Positions 15,224 to 23,361 of a stretch of DNA of 30,359 nucleotides are shown here, piece after piece (positions within the stretch are counted from its first letter, which is position 1; each line of letters begins with the position of its first letter). Location: contig JAEUHP010000202.1 of assembly GCA_016795295.1 (NCBI GenBank), positions 1-30,359 on the forward strand, read 5' to 3'. The translations under genes were made by a program, and so were the position numbers. Origin of the DNA: Planctomycetota bacterium. Lineage in GTDB: Bacteria > Planctomycetota > UBA1135 > UBA2386. The notes beneath the pieces were generated by a model, which saw only the letters and a program-made list of their open reading frames with translations, ran no database searches and was not told the DNA's origin.

Positions 15224-17409
15224 CCACCATCCACACCAACCCCACGGTCGCCGAGCCCAAGAGCAGCGATCCCACGCCGCAGCCGCCCACCGGTGGCGTG
15301 CAACTGCACGTCGGTCCCGACGGCATCGCCGTGCTCGCGCTCGGCGAACCGGACAGCGTCGTCACGCTCACCCCCGAACGACTCGACAGCCTCGAACGAG
15401 CCCTGGCCGCGCTCGCCGCGGACGCGCGCGTACGGGGTGTGTTGGTCACCGGGCCGGGCCCCGGCATGTTCTGCGTCGGCGCCGACCTGGGCCTGTTCGC
15501 CACCATCCCGGACGCCGCGACCGGCGCCGCCGCCGCCGCCCGCGGCCGCGACGTGTTCCTGCGCTGCCGTGCCCTGCGTGTGCCGGTGGTCGCCGCCATC
15601 GACGGCCCCTGCCTCGGCGGCGGTTTCGAACTGGCCCTGTGCTGCGACCGGCGGCTCGCCAGCGACCACCCGCGTACCCGCATCGGCTTGCCGGAGACCA
15701 AGCTCGGCATCGTGCCCGGCTTCGGCGGCACCCAACACCTGGTGCGCCGGATCGGCCTGCCGCGGGCGTTGGCGCTGATCCTGGGCGGCAAGACCCTGCC
15801 GGCCAAGCCGGCGCAGAAGCAGGGCTTGGTCGACCGCGTGGTGCCGGCCGAGAAACTGCTCGCCAGTGCCCGCGCCGAACTCGACCGGCTGGTGGCGAAG
15901 CGCCGCAAGCCCCGCGCCCAACGCCCCACCGGCTTCGACTTCCTGCTCACGCACACGCCGTTGCGCGCTTTGGCGGTTCGCCAAGCGCGGCGCTCGCTGG
16001 GCAAAGCCGAAGCGCGACACTACCCGGCCCTCGCCCAGGCGCTCGACTGCTGTGTCGCGGCGGTCACCCGCCCCGCACGGGTCGGCTACGCGCTCGAAGC
16101 CCAAGCACTCGGCCAGACCATCGTGAGCCCGGTGAGCCGGGCCCTGGTGCACCTGTTCCGCCTCGGCGAGCAACAGAAGAAGTTGGGCCGCAACGAGGCG
16201 GCCAGCGACCTGCAACGCGCCCTGGTGGTCGGCGGCGGGGTGATGGGTGCGGGCATCGCTTCGGTGCTGGCCCGCGGTGGCCTCACCACCCGCCTCTGCG
16301 ATCTCGACCTGCCGACCCTGGCCCGGGCCAAAGCCCGCCTGCAGGGCGAACTCGACCAGCAGGTGGCCCGACGCCACCTCACCCAGGCCGCAGCCCAGGC
16401 AGTCCAGGATCGCCTGGCGGTGGCGACCGAGTGGGGCAGCCTTCGGCACACGGACGTGTGGCTCGAAGCCGTGGTCGAGGACTTGGCGACCAAGCAGCGC
16501 TTGGTCGCCAGCGCCGTGGCCCGCGGCTTGCCCGACACGGCGCTGATCGCCACCAACACCAGTTCGCTGTCGGTGGCGGCGATCGCCGGCTCGGTCCCCC
16601 ACCCCGAACGGGTGGTCGGCCTGCACTTCTTCAACCCACCCGAGAAGATGCCGCTCGTCGAAGTGGTGCGCGGCCCGGCCAGCAGCGACGCCGCGGTGGC
16701 CAGCGCCTGCCGCCTGGTGCTGCGCCTCGGCAAGACGCCCCTGGTGGTGGCCGACGCCCCCGGCTTCCTGGTCAACCGCTGCCTCGCGCCCTACCTCGAC
16801 GAAGCGGCGCGCCTGTGCCTGGAGGGCACCGAACCCGAAGCGATCGACGCCGCGCTGCGCAACTTCGGCATGCCGATGGGACCGTGCCGGCTGCTCGACG
16901 AGATCGGCTGGGACACCGCGGCCAAGGTCTGCGACGTGCTGCACGCGGCCTTCCCCGAACGTCTGGTGCCCAGCGAACTGTTCGCGGCGATGGCCCGCGC
17001 CCGGCACCTCGGCCGCAAGAGCGGCGGCGGCCTCTACGGCGCCGACGGCAAACGGCCAGGCCCCGGCCGGGCGGTGCTCACGGCCTTGCGCGCCGGACGC
17101 CCGGCGCCCGGACGGCAGGCCCCGGCCGAAGAGATCGTGGCCCGCACGGTGCTGCCGCTGGTCGCAGAAGCGTTCCGCTGCCTGCAGGACGGCGTGGTGC
17201 AGAGCGAGGCCGAACTGGACCTGGGATTGGTGCTCGGCATCGGCTTCCCGCCGTTCCACGGCGGGGTCGCCACCTACGCGGCCCGGCAGGGGTTGGCCAA
17301 CGTGGTCCAGCAGCTCGACGAACTGGCGCGCCGGCACGGCCCGCGCTTCGCCGCGCCCGAACTGCTGCGGCAGCGCGCCGTGGCCGGCGGTGCGGCCGCG
17401 GCCCGCTGA
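15220..17409 (+). CDS. fadB: Fatty-acid oxidation complex alpha subunit-like enoyl-CoA hydratase / 3-hydroxyacyl-CoA dehydrogenase (FadB/FadJ-like), 729 aa.
   Basis: N-terminal crotonase fold (VRGVLVTGPGPGMFCVGADL, IDGPCLGGGFELAL). Central Rossmann motif VVGGGVMGAGIA and 3HCDH region FFNPPEKMPLVEVV. Confidence 0.85.
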   Translation: MTTIHTNPTVAEPKSSDPTPQPPTGGVQLHVGPDGIAVLALGEPDSVVTLTPERLDSLERALAALAADARVRGVLVTGPGPGMFCVGADLGLFATIPDAATGAAAAARGRDVFLRCRALRVPVVAAIDGPCLGGGFELALCCDRRLASDHPRTRIGLPETKLGIVPGFGGTQHLVRRIGLPRALALILGGKTLPAKPAQKQGLVDRVVPAEKLLASARAELDRLVAKRRKPRAQRPTGFDFLLTHTPLRALAVRQARRSLGKAEARHYPALAQALDCCVAAVTRPARVGYALEAQALGQTIVSPVSRALVHLFRLGEQQKKLGRNEAASDLQRALVVGGGVMGAGIASVLARGGLTTRLCDLDLPTLARAKARLQGELDQQVARRHLTQAAAQAVQDRLAVATEWGSLRHTDVWLEAVVEDLATKQRLVASAVARGLPDTALIATNTSSLSVAAIAGSVPHPERVVGLHFFNPPEKMPLVEVVRGPASSDAAVASACRLVLRLGKTPLVVADAPGFLVNRCLAPYLDEAARLCLEGTEPEAIDAALRNFGMPMGPCRLLDEIGWDTAAKVCDVLHAAFPERLVPSELFAAMARARHLGRKSGGGLYGADGKRPGPGRAVLTALRAGRPAPGRQAPAEEIVARTVLPLVAEAFRCLQDGVVQSEAELDLGLVLGIGFPPFHGGVATYAARQGLANVVQQLDELARRHGPRFAAPELLRQRAVAGGAAAAR

Positions 17410-17499
17410 GGCGCCGCCAGGCACCGGCCCGGCCCCTGGCGCGTGCGCGGCGCCCAGCCGCGCGCTAGCTTGCTCAGGTGGCCGCCCACGCCACCACCC

Positions 17500-18768
17500 A
17501 TGCTGCTGTTCTTCCTGGCCACCGGCTTCTCGCTGCTGTTCTCGTTCGTCTGCTCGCTGGCCGAGGCGACCCTGCTCAGCGTCGGCAATGCCCGGGTCGA
17601 ACAGCTCGCGCGCGCCGGTAGCGCCGCCGGCCTGTTGCTGCGCCGCTGGAAGCAGCACCCTGACCAGCCGATCGCCGCGATCCTGGTGTTGAACACCATC
17701 GCCAACTCCGGGGGCGCGGCGATCGCCACGGACCAGTTCGCGCACGCGTTCCCGGGCGTGTCGCCGGCCTGGTTCGCGGCGGCGTTCGTGGTCACGGTGC
17801 TGACCCTGACCGAGATCGTGCCCAAGACGCTCGGCGTGGTGCACGCCAACACACTGGCCGTGCCGACCGTGCTGTTCGTGCGCACGCTGGCCATCGCGCT
17901 GGCGCCGATCCTGTTCGCCACCCGCCTCCTGTCGCGGGCGTTCACCAGCCGGCCGACGTTCCAGACCTCCCTGGAGGAGATCCGGCTGCTGGCCACGGCC
18001 GGCCACAGCCAGGGCGCCTTCGGCCCGATCACCGCCGGCCTGATCCAGAACGCCACGCGCTTGCGCGACACCAAGGCCCGGGACGTGATGGTGCCGAGAC
18101 ACCGCGTGTCCCTGCTGTCCGGCAAGGCCAGCACCGCGGAGAACCTCGACCGCATCCAGCGCGCCGGCCACAGTCGCTTCCCCTACGCCCCAGACGGCGA
18201 ACTCGACGGCGTCACCGGCGTGATCCTGACCAAGGAACTGCTGTTCTCGCTGCGCGAGCGCACCGAACCGGACTGGCAGGAGCTGTTGGTGCCGATGGTG
18301 GTGGTACCGGCCCTGGCCACCCTCAACCACGTGCTGCGCACCTTCCAGCGCGAGAAACGGCACATGGCCGTGGTGGTCGACGAGTATGGCACTTCCGTCG
18401 GCATCATCACGCTGGAAGACGTGCTGGAAGAGATCGTCGGCGAGATCGAAGACGAACTCGACACCGAGGAGACGCACCTGCTGGAGCGCCCCGACGGTTC
18501 GTTCTTGTGCCGCGGCAGTGCCGAAGTGCGCAAGGTGATGGCTCGGCTCGGCATCGAAGACCTCGAGACGTCGAGCCAGACGCTGTCGGGTTTCCTGGCC
18601 GAACAGCTGGGGGACGTGCCCATCGCCGGCGCCCACGTCGACCTGCACGGTTACCGGTTCCTGGTCACCAAGGCCAACAACCGGCGTGCCGAACGCGTGC
18701 GGGTGCAGCGCGTTCCGGTGGCCGCGCCCCCAACCGGGAGCACGGAATCCCGCGCCACCCGGGAATGA
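17500..18768 (+). CDS. CNNM/CorC/HlyC-family transporter (DUF21 transmembrane domain + CBS pair + CorC_HlyC C-terminal domain), 422 aa.
   Basis: N-terminal TM region MLLFFLATGFSLLFSFVCSLAEATLLSV (DUF21-like, ...EA.L.S...). CBS region DVMVPRHRV...ITLEDVLEEIVGEIEDE. C-terminal CorC-type domain. The start at 17500 was chosen over the ORF start at 17443 because the TM helix begins at that Met. Confidence 0.8.
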   Translation: MLLFFLATGFSLLFSFVCSLAEATLLSVGNARVEQLARAGSAAGLLLRRWKQHPDQPIAAILVLNTIANSGGAAIATDQFAHAFPGVSPAWFAAAFVVTVLTLTEIVPKTLGVVHANTLAVPTVLFVRTLAIALAPILFATRLLSRAFTSRPTFQTSLEEIRLLATAGHSQGAFGPITAGLIQNATRLRDTKARDVMVPRHRVSLLSGKASTAENLDRIQRAGHSRFPYAPDGELDGVTGVILTKELLFSLRERTEPDWQELLVPMVVVPALATLNHVLRTFQREKRHMAVVVDEYGTSVGIITLEDVLEEIVGEIEDELDTEETHLLERPDGSFLCRGSAEVRKVMARLGIEDLETSSQTLSGFLAEQLGDVPIAGAHVDLHGYRFLVTKANNRRAERVRVQRVPVAAPPTGSTESRATRE

Positions 18769-18923
18769 ACGGGGGTGTTCGGGAATAATCGGGGGCAACT
18801 CCGACAATCCCCCCCGTCGCAGCGGCCACGGTGGCAATGCCGGTCCTCGCCCCAGGGCTCGGGTCGGCAGCCAACCGGTGCCGCGCGCGTCGAGCGCCCG
18901 CACCTACCCCACGCCCAGAACGC

Positions 18924-19457
18924 ATGTCCACGTTGTTCCTGTACTGCGCTGCGATCGGCGGCACCATCCTGGTGCTGCAGTTCCTGATGCTGCTGCTCGG
19001 GGTCGGCGGCGACCATTCGCTCGAAGGCGACGTCGGCCACGACCAGAGCAGCTTCCTGAAGCTGTTCTCGCTGCAGGCCATCAGCACCTTCGCCACGTTC
19101 TTCGGTCTGGTCGGCCTCGGCACCGAAGGCTTGCACTGGTCGACCCCGGCCGTGGTCGGAGCTGCGACGCTGGCCGGTGCGGCAGCCCTGGCGTTCGTCG
19201 CCAAGGTGATGCGCGGCCTGTCGCGCCTGCACAGCGACGGCAACGTCGACCTGCGCAATGCCGTCGGCCACGCCGCGAACGTCTACCTGCACGTGCCGCC
19301 ACCGGGGCAGGGCCATGGCCGGGTGCTGGTGATCGTGCAGGGCCGCACCATCGAATGCGCCGCGGTCAGCAGAGCCGCGGCCATTCCCACCGGCGCCGAG
19401 GTGCGCGTCGTGGCGTGCCGCGACGACGAGACCCTGGTCGTCGAACCGATTGCCTGA
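18924..19457 (+). CDS. NfeD-like (YuaF-type) small membrane protein with a C-terminal OB-fold, partner of flotillin, 177 aa.
   Basis: Two to three N-terminal TM helices (MSTLFLYCAAIGGTILVLQFLMLLLGV...). C-terminal beta-rich segment GHGRVLVIVQGRTIECAAVS...VRVVACRDDETLVVEP is typical of the NfeD OB domain. It sits directly upstream of the flotillin gene. The start is uncertain; 18831 is the alternative. Confidence 0.65.
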   Translation: MSTLFLYCAAIGGTILVLQFLMLLLGVGGDHSLEGDVGHDQSSFLKLFSLQAISTFATFFGLVGLGTEGLHWSTPAVVGAATLAGAAALAFVAKVMRGLSRLHSDGNVDLRNAVGHAANVYLHVPPPGQGHGRVLVIVQGRTIECAAVSRAAAIPTGAEVRVVACRDDETLVVEPIA

Positions 19458-19530
19458 TCGCCCCACCGCGTCCTGACCCACCCGCGGTCCGCACCCCGCG
19501 CGGCCGCGCCGCCCCCCACTTCCCCACACC

Positions 19531-21120
19531 ATGCTGCCGTTCCTACCCGAACTTCCCCCCGACGCCGCCTTCATGCTCGTGGTCGCGGCCACCGCCGTGA
19601 TCCTGCTCGGCTTCGTGGTGCTCGTGGTCAAGCGCTACAAGCGCTGCCCGAGCAACCGCGTGCTGGTGATCTACGGCAAGGTCGCCTCCGGCCAGTCGGC
19701 GCGCTGCCTGCACGGCGGCGGCGCCTTCGTCTGGCCGCTGATCCAGGACTACGAGTTCTTGTCGCTCGATCCGATGCAGATCGAGATCCCACTGCGCGGC
19801 GCGTTGTCCGCCGAGAACATCCGCGTCAACGTGCCCAGCGTGTTCACCGTGGCGATCGGCACCACACCGGCGGTGATGCAGACCGCCGCCATCCGCCTGC
19901 TCGGCCTCGAGCCGCGGCAGGTGATGAAGCAGGCCGAAGACATCATCCTGGGCCAGCTGCGCCAGGTGATCGCCTCGATGACCATCGAGGACATCAACCG
20001 CAACCGCGACAAGTTCCTCGACAACGTCCAGGACTCGCTGCTGCCCGAGCTCGAAAAGATCGGCCTGGTGCTGATCAACGTCAACATCACCGACATCACC
20101 GACGAGTCGGGCTACATCGAAGCGATGGGCCGCAAAGCCGCCTCCGAAGCGATTCAGTCGGCGGAGATCGACGTGGCCCAGCAGCAGAAGCGCGGTTCGA
20201 TCGGCGTCGCCGAAGCCAAGCGCGAACAAGACGTGCTGGTCGCCAACGCCGAGAAGGTGCGCGAGATCGGCACCAAGGAGGCGGAGCGCGAGAAGCTGGT
20301 GCGCTTGGCCGAACTGGCCAAGGACGCCGGCATCGGCAAGAGCCGCGCGGAACTCGAGCAACAGACGGCGATCAAGGACCAGGAGCGCACCATGCGCGTG
20401 CAGGTCGCCGAAGCCGAGGCACTGGCGGTCGCCGGCGAGAACTTGGCGCGCGCCAAGGCAGTGGAGGCCGAAGCCACGCTGAAGGTCAAGCAGGCCGAGG
20501 CGTTCCAGTTGACGGAGACGCGGCGCCGTGAGGCCGATGCCAAGGTGCGCGAAGCGCAGTACCTGGCCGAAGCCCGGGCGGCCGAAGCGATGGCGGCCAA
20601 GATCGAGTTCGAGCAGCGCGCCGAACTCGAAGCCGCAGCCAAGGCGCAGAAGGCGCGCATGATCGTCGACGCCGAAGCCGCTGCCGAGCAGGTGCGCCTG
20701 CAGGCCCAGGCCGAAGCCGGGGCGCTGTTCGCGCGCTTGGAAGCGCAGGCCCGCGGTGAGTACGAGATCCTGGCCAAGAAGGCCGAGGGTCTGCAGCGCC
20801 TGGTGGAGGGCTGCGGCGGCGCGCAACAGGCCTTCCAGTTGCTGCTGCTCGAACACCTGCCGCAGATGGCCGAAACCGCGGCCAAGGCGATCGCCAACGT
20901 CAAGTTCGACAAGGTGGTGGTCTGGGACGGCGGCCCCGGCGGCAACGGCAAGAACGCCACCGCGAACTTCCTGCAGGGCCTCGCCGGCAGCCTGCCACCG
21001 ATGCTGCAGATGCTGCGCGACATCGGCGGCGTCGAGATGCCGGCATACCTCGGCAAGCTGGCGGAAGCGCCGGTGACGTCCCCCAACGCACCGAAGTCGG
21101 ATGCCCAGGCCAAGGCCTGA
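19531..21120 (+). CDS. floT: Flotillin-like SPFH/Band-7 protein (FloT/YuaG-like), 529 aa.
   Basis: N-terminal membrane hairpin then KRYKRCPSNRVLVIYGK. SPFH domain. Long EA-rich coiled-coil repeats (AEAEALAVAGENLARAKAVEAEA...), characteristic of bacterial flotillins. Alternative start at 19573. Confidence 0.85.
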   Translation: MLPFLPELPPDAAFMLVVAATAVILLGFVVLVVKRYKRCPSNRVLVIYGKVASGQSARCLHGGGAFVWPLIQDYEFLSLDPMQIEIPLRGALSAENIRVNVPSVFTVAIGTTPAVMQTAAIRLLGLEPRQVMKQAEDIILGQLRQVIASMTIEDINRNRDKFLDNVQDSLLPELEKIGLVLINVNITDITDESGYIEAMGRKAASEAIQSAEIDVAQQQKRGSIGVAEAKREQDVLVANAEKVREIGTKEAEREKLVRLAELAKDAGIGKSRAELEQQTAIKDQERTMRVQVAEAEALAVAGENLARAKAVEAEATLKVKQAEAFQLTETRRREADAKVREAQYLAEARAAEAMAAKIEFEQRAELEAAAKAQKARMIVDAEAAAEQVRLQAQAEAGALFARLEAQARGEYEILAKKAEGLQRLVEGCGGAQQAFQLLLLEHLPQMAETAAKAIANVKFDKVVVWDGGPGGNGKNATANFLQGLAGSLPPMLQMLRDIGGVEMPAYLGKLAEAPVTSPNAPKSDAQAKA

Positions 21121-21251
21121 GGTCGATCTGAGCTGGGAGACGAACTGCCGGTGCCACCGCCGCCGTGGGCATGGTGCCGGGCCTCGGCCGGAGTGCGCAC
21201 GCGCCGCCGGCCGGTTCCGCCGATAGCCAAGGCGTGGACACCAGCCTGTGG

Positions 21252-21914
21252 ATGAGCCGTGACCTGCTGACCGCACCGCCCGAACTGCCGCTGGCGGAGG
21301 CAGCGCGGCGCATGGCCGAACGGCGCGTTCGGCACCTGCTGGTGGTTGCCGACGCCGCCCCGCGGCACCTGCTCGGCATTCTGTCGAGCCACGACGTCTA
21401 CCTGGCGGCCGAAGCAGGCATCCACCCGCACTCACCACGCGCCGTCGACCGGCCGTCGCGCCGGGTGGGCGAAGTGATGACGCAGCAGCCGAGCACCATC
21501 CCCGCCTCGACGCCGCTCGCCGAAGCCGCGCGCATCCTGCGCGACCGCAAGTTCGGCGCCCTGCCGGTCGTCGACCGCGGCGAGCTGGTCGGCATCCTGA
21601 CCGAACACGACCTGCTGCGCGCCTTCCTCAGCCTGTCGGGTGCCGACCAGCCCGGCTACGAAGTGACCGCTGTGGTCCGCAACGGGGCCGACGTGCTCGG
21701 CACCATGCTCGGCATCGCCGCGCAACGCGGTCTGCAGATGACCAGCGCCAACGTGTTCGACCACGCTGGCAAGCGCCACGCGCTGCTGCACTTCGTCGGC
21801 GCCCGGGACGATGCGTTCGTCGATGCGCTGTGGCGCTGTGGGCACACGATCCTGCGCGTGCGGCCGACCGATGCCCAGCATGGCACCGCGCAGCCGGCCG
21901 GCGCCGGGCGCTAG
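21252..21914 (+). CDS. CBS-pair protein with a C-terminal ACT-like domain (AcuB-like), 220 aa.
   Basis: Two CBS motifs (LLGILSSHDVYL and LVGILTEHDLLRAF) followed by an approximately 80-aa beta-alpha-beta ACT-like region. Start uncertain; the ORF begins at 21165. Confidence 0.7.
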   Translation: MSRDLLTAPPELPLAEAARRMAERRVRHLLVVADAAPRHLLGILSSHDVYLAAEAGIHPHSPRAVDRPSRRVGEVMTQQPSTIPASTPLAEAARILRDRKFGALPVVDRGELVGILTEHDLLRAFLSLSGADQPGYEVTAVVRNGADVLGTMLGIAAQRGLQMTSANVFDHAGKRHALLHFVGARDDAFVDALWRCGHTILRVRPTDAQHGTAQPAGAGR

Positions 21915-21935
21915 CCGCCGCGGACCGCGGCGCGC

Positions 21936-22337
21936 TCACTTCGGCGGCGGCATCTGCGCCAGCACGCCCATGAGCAGCGCCTTGGCCCGGCGCTCGTTCT
22001 CGTAGGTGTCCCAGTTGCCGATGCGCGCGCGCACGCGCACGTAACCGCCGGGATGCACCTCCAGGGTCAGACGGCCGCCCTCGAGTTCGATCCGCCCGTC
22101 GGCGACGTCGGGCCTGGGCTTGCCAACGACCCGGTAACCGAGCTGCTCGGCCGCGCGCAAGGAGGCACCCCAAGTCACGTCCAGGGTGTCCTTGAAGTCC
22201 ATCCAGGCTTCGTTGTTCTCGTAGAGCACCGCGCCACCCGCAGCGGCACCCACCGCGGTGGCAGCGACGAAGAAACAACCGGGCAAAGGCAGCATGGCGA
22301 GGGCGCCACACACGACCATGGACGGAACGCGCCTCAT
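21936..22337 (-). CDS. Small putative lipoprotein, 133 aa, function unknown.
   Basis: Signal peptide with lipobox: MRRVPSMVVCGALAMLPLPGC (L-P-G-C). The mature part is approximately 110 aa. Alternative start at 22373. Confidence 0.55.
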   Translation of the reverse strand: MRRVPSMVVCGALAMLPLPGCFFVAATAVGAAAGGAVLYENNEAWMDFKDTLDVTWGASLRAAEQLGYRVVGKPRPDVADGRIELEGGRLTLEVHPGGYVRVRARIGNWDTYENERRAKALLMGVLAQMPPPK

Positions 22338-22401
22338 GGCGTCTAGCGAACCGCTGCCGCCGGGCGCTTGCAAGCGGCGGCGCGCCGCAGCAGCCCAAGG
22401 C

Positions 22402-23268
22402 TCACGACCCCAGGATCAACTGCAGCGCGTTGAGCGGCACCAGCACCTGATTCGGCCCCACCAGATCGAGCCGGAACCCCTGGCAGGCGAGCACCGTGCC
22501 AGCCCAACTGGGGCTGGCCGGCACGTTCATCTGGTAGCTGCCCTGCGCCGCGAACGCCGTGCCCGCAGGCGACGTGGTCAACAGCAGTTCCCCGCCCAGC
22601 AACGGGCTCGGCGCAGCGAGGCCCGCCGGTGCGAACACCAGGAAGGTCAACGCCGTGTTCGGCGTGGTGGCGATCGCGCCTTGCCACAGGGTGCCGAGGC
22701 GCGGCGGCGTGACGCAGGACAAGCCGAGCGGGTTCACGCCGCTGCCGTTGTGGAGCACGCAGCGGCCCGCGCTCGGGTCGACCAGCGCCAACGTGTCGAA
22801 GTTGAAATCGGCCTGGAAGTCGATCTCCAGCGTGTCGAACGGCACGTTCTGGAAACCGAAGTAGTTGTTCGGTTGGGACTGATTCCAGGTGCCCGAGAAC
22901 GAGTCCATCGGCACCCCCTGCAGCAGCACGCGGATCGTCGACGGCGCCGCGGTGGAGATCTGGTGGTAGACGAAGCTGCAGTCGGTGTGGATCGAGGCGA
23001 GCTGGATGCGCAGCGTGTTCGGCGGCCCACTGAAGTCGTTGGTCAGGAATCCGCCGACCAAGTTGTTGGACACGCCGGTGGTGAAGTAGCTGGCGTGGGA
23101 GATCGTGAGCCCGGCGAACTGAGTGTTCACCGGTGTGAAGTTCGGCAGCAGGCCGGCGCCGAACGTCTCGACGCGCGTCGGGTTCGGCAGGCCACTGGTG
23201 GCCGCGACGATCTGTTGGGCAGGAAGGACGACGGCAACGCAAGCGAGCACGCAGAGCAGTGGCAGCAT
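22402..23268 (-). CDS. Secreted hypothetical protein, 288 aa. It is Lys-free, Asn/Thr/Ser/Gly/Phe-rich and probably beta-rich. No recognisable family.
   Basis: N-terminal signal peptide MLPLLCVLACVAVVLPAQQ. It has zero Lys and only 6 Arg. Good RBS (GGAGAA) upstream. Local GC is visibly lower than the surrounding genes. Confidence 0.55.
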   Translation of the reverse strand: MLPLLCVLACVAVVLPAQQIVAATSGLPNPTRVETFGAGLLPNFTPVNTQFAGLTISHASYFTTGVSNNLVGGFLTNDFSGPPNTLRIQLASIHTDCSFVYHQISTAAPSTIRVLLQGVPMDSFSGTWNQSQPNNYFGFQNVPFDTLEIDFQADFNFDTLALVDPSAGRCVLHNGSGVNPLGLSCVTPPRLGTLWQGAIATTPNTALTFLVFAPAGLAAPSPLLGGELLLTTSPAGTAFAAQGSYQMNVPASPSWAGTVLACQGFRLDLVGPNQVLVPLNALQLILGS

Positions 23269-23361
23269 GGCTTCTCCGAAGGTGGCGGGGGCCGCAGCAC
23301 TGTACCGCCAAGGGCCAGAGCCGGTGCAGAATTGCCAAGGCTCGGTGTGGTGGCCTCCGAC

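Noticed and set aside
23269-23361. Sigma-54-like TGGCA...TGCA element upstream of the secreted-protein gene.
   Set aside because: The GG-to-GC spacing is 9 nt rather than the fixed -24/-12 spacing of RpoN promoters. It is therefore not a credible sigma-54 promoter.
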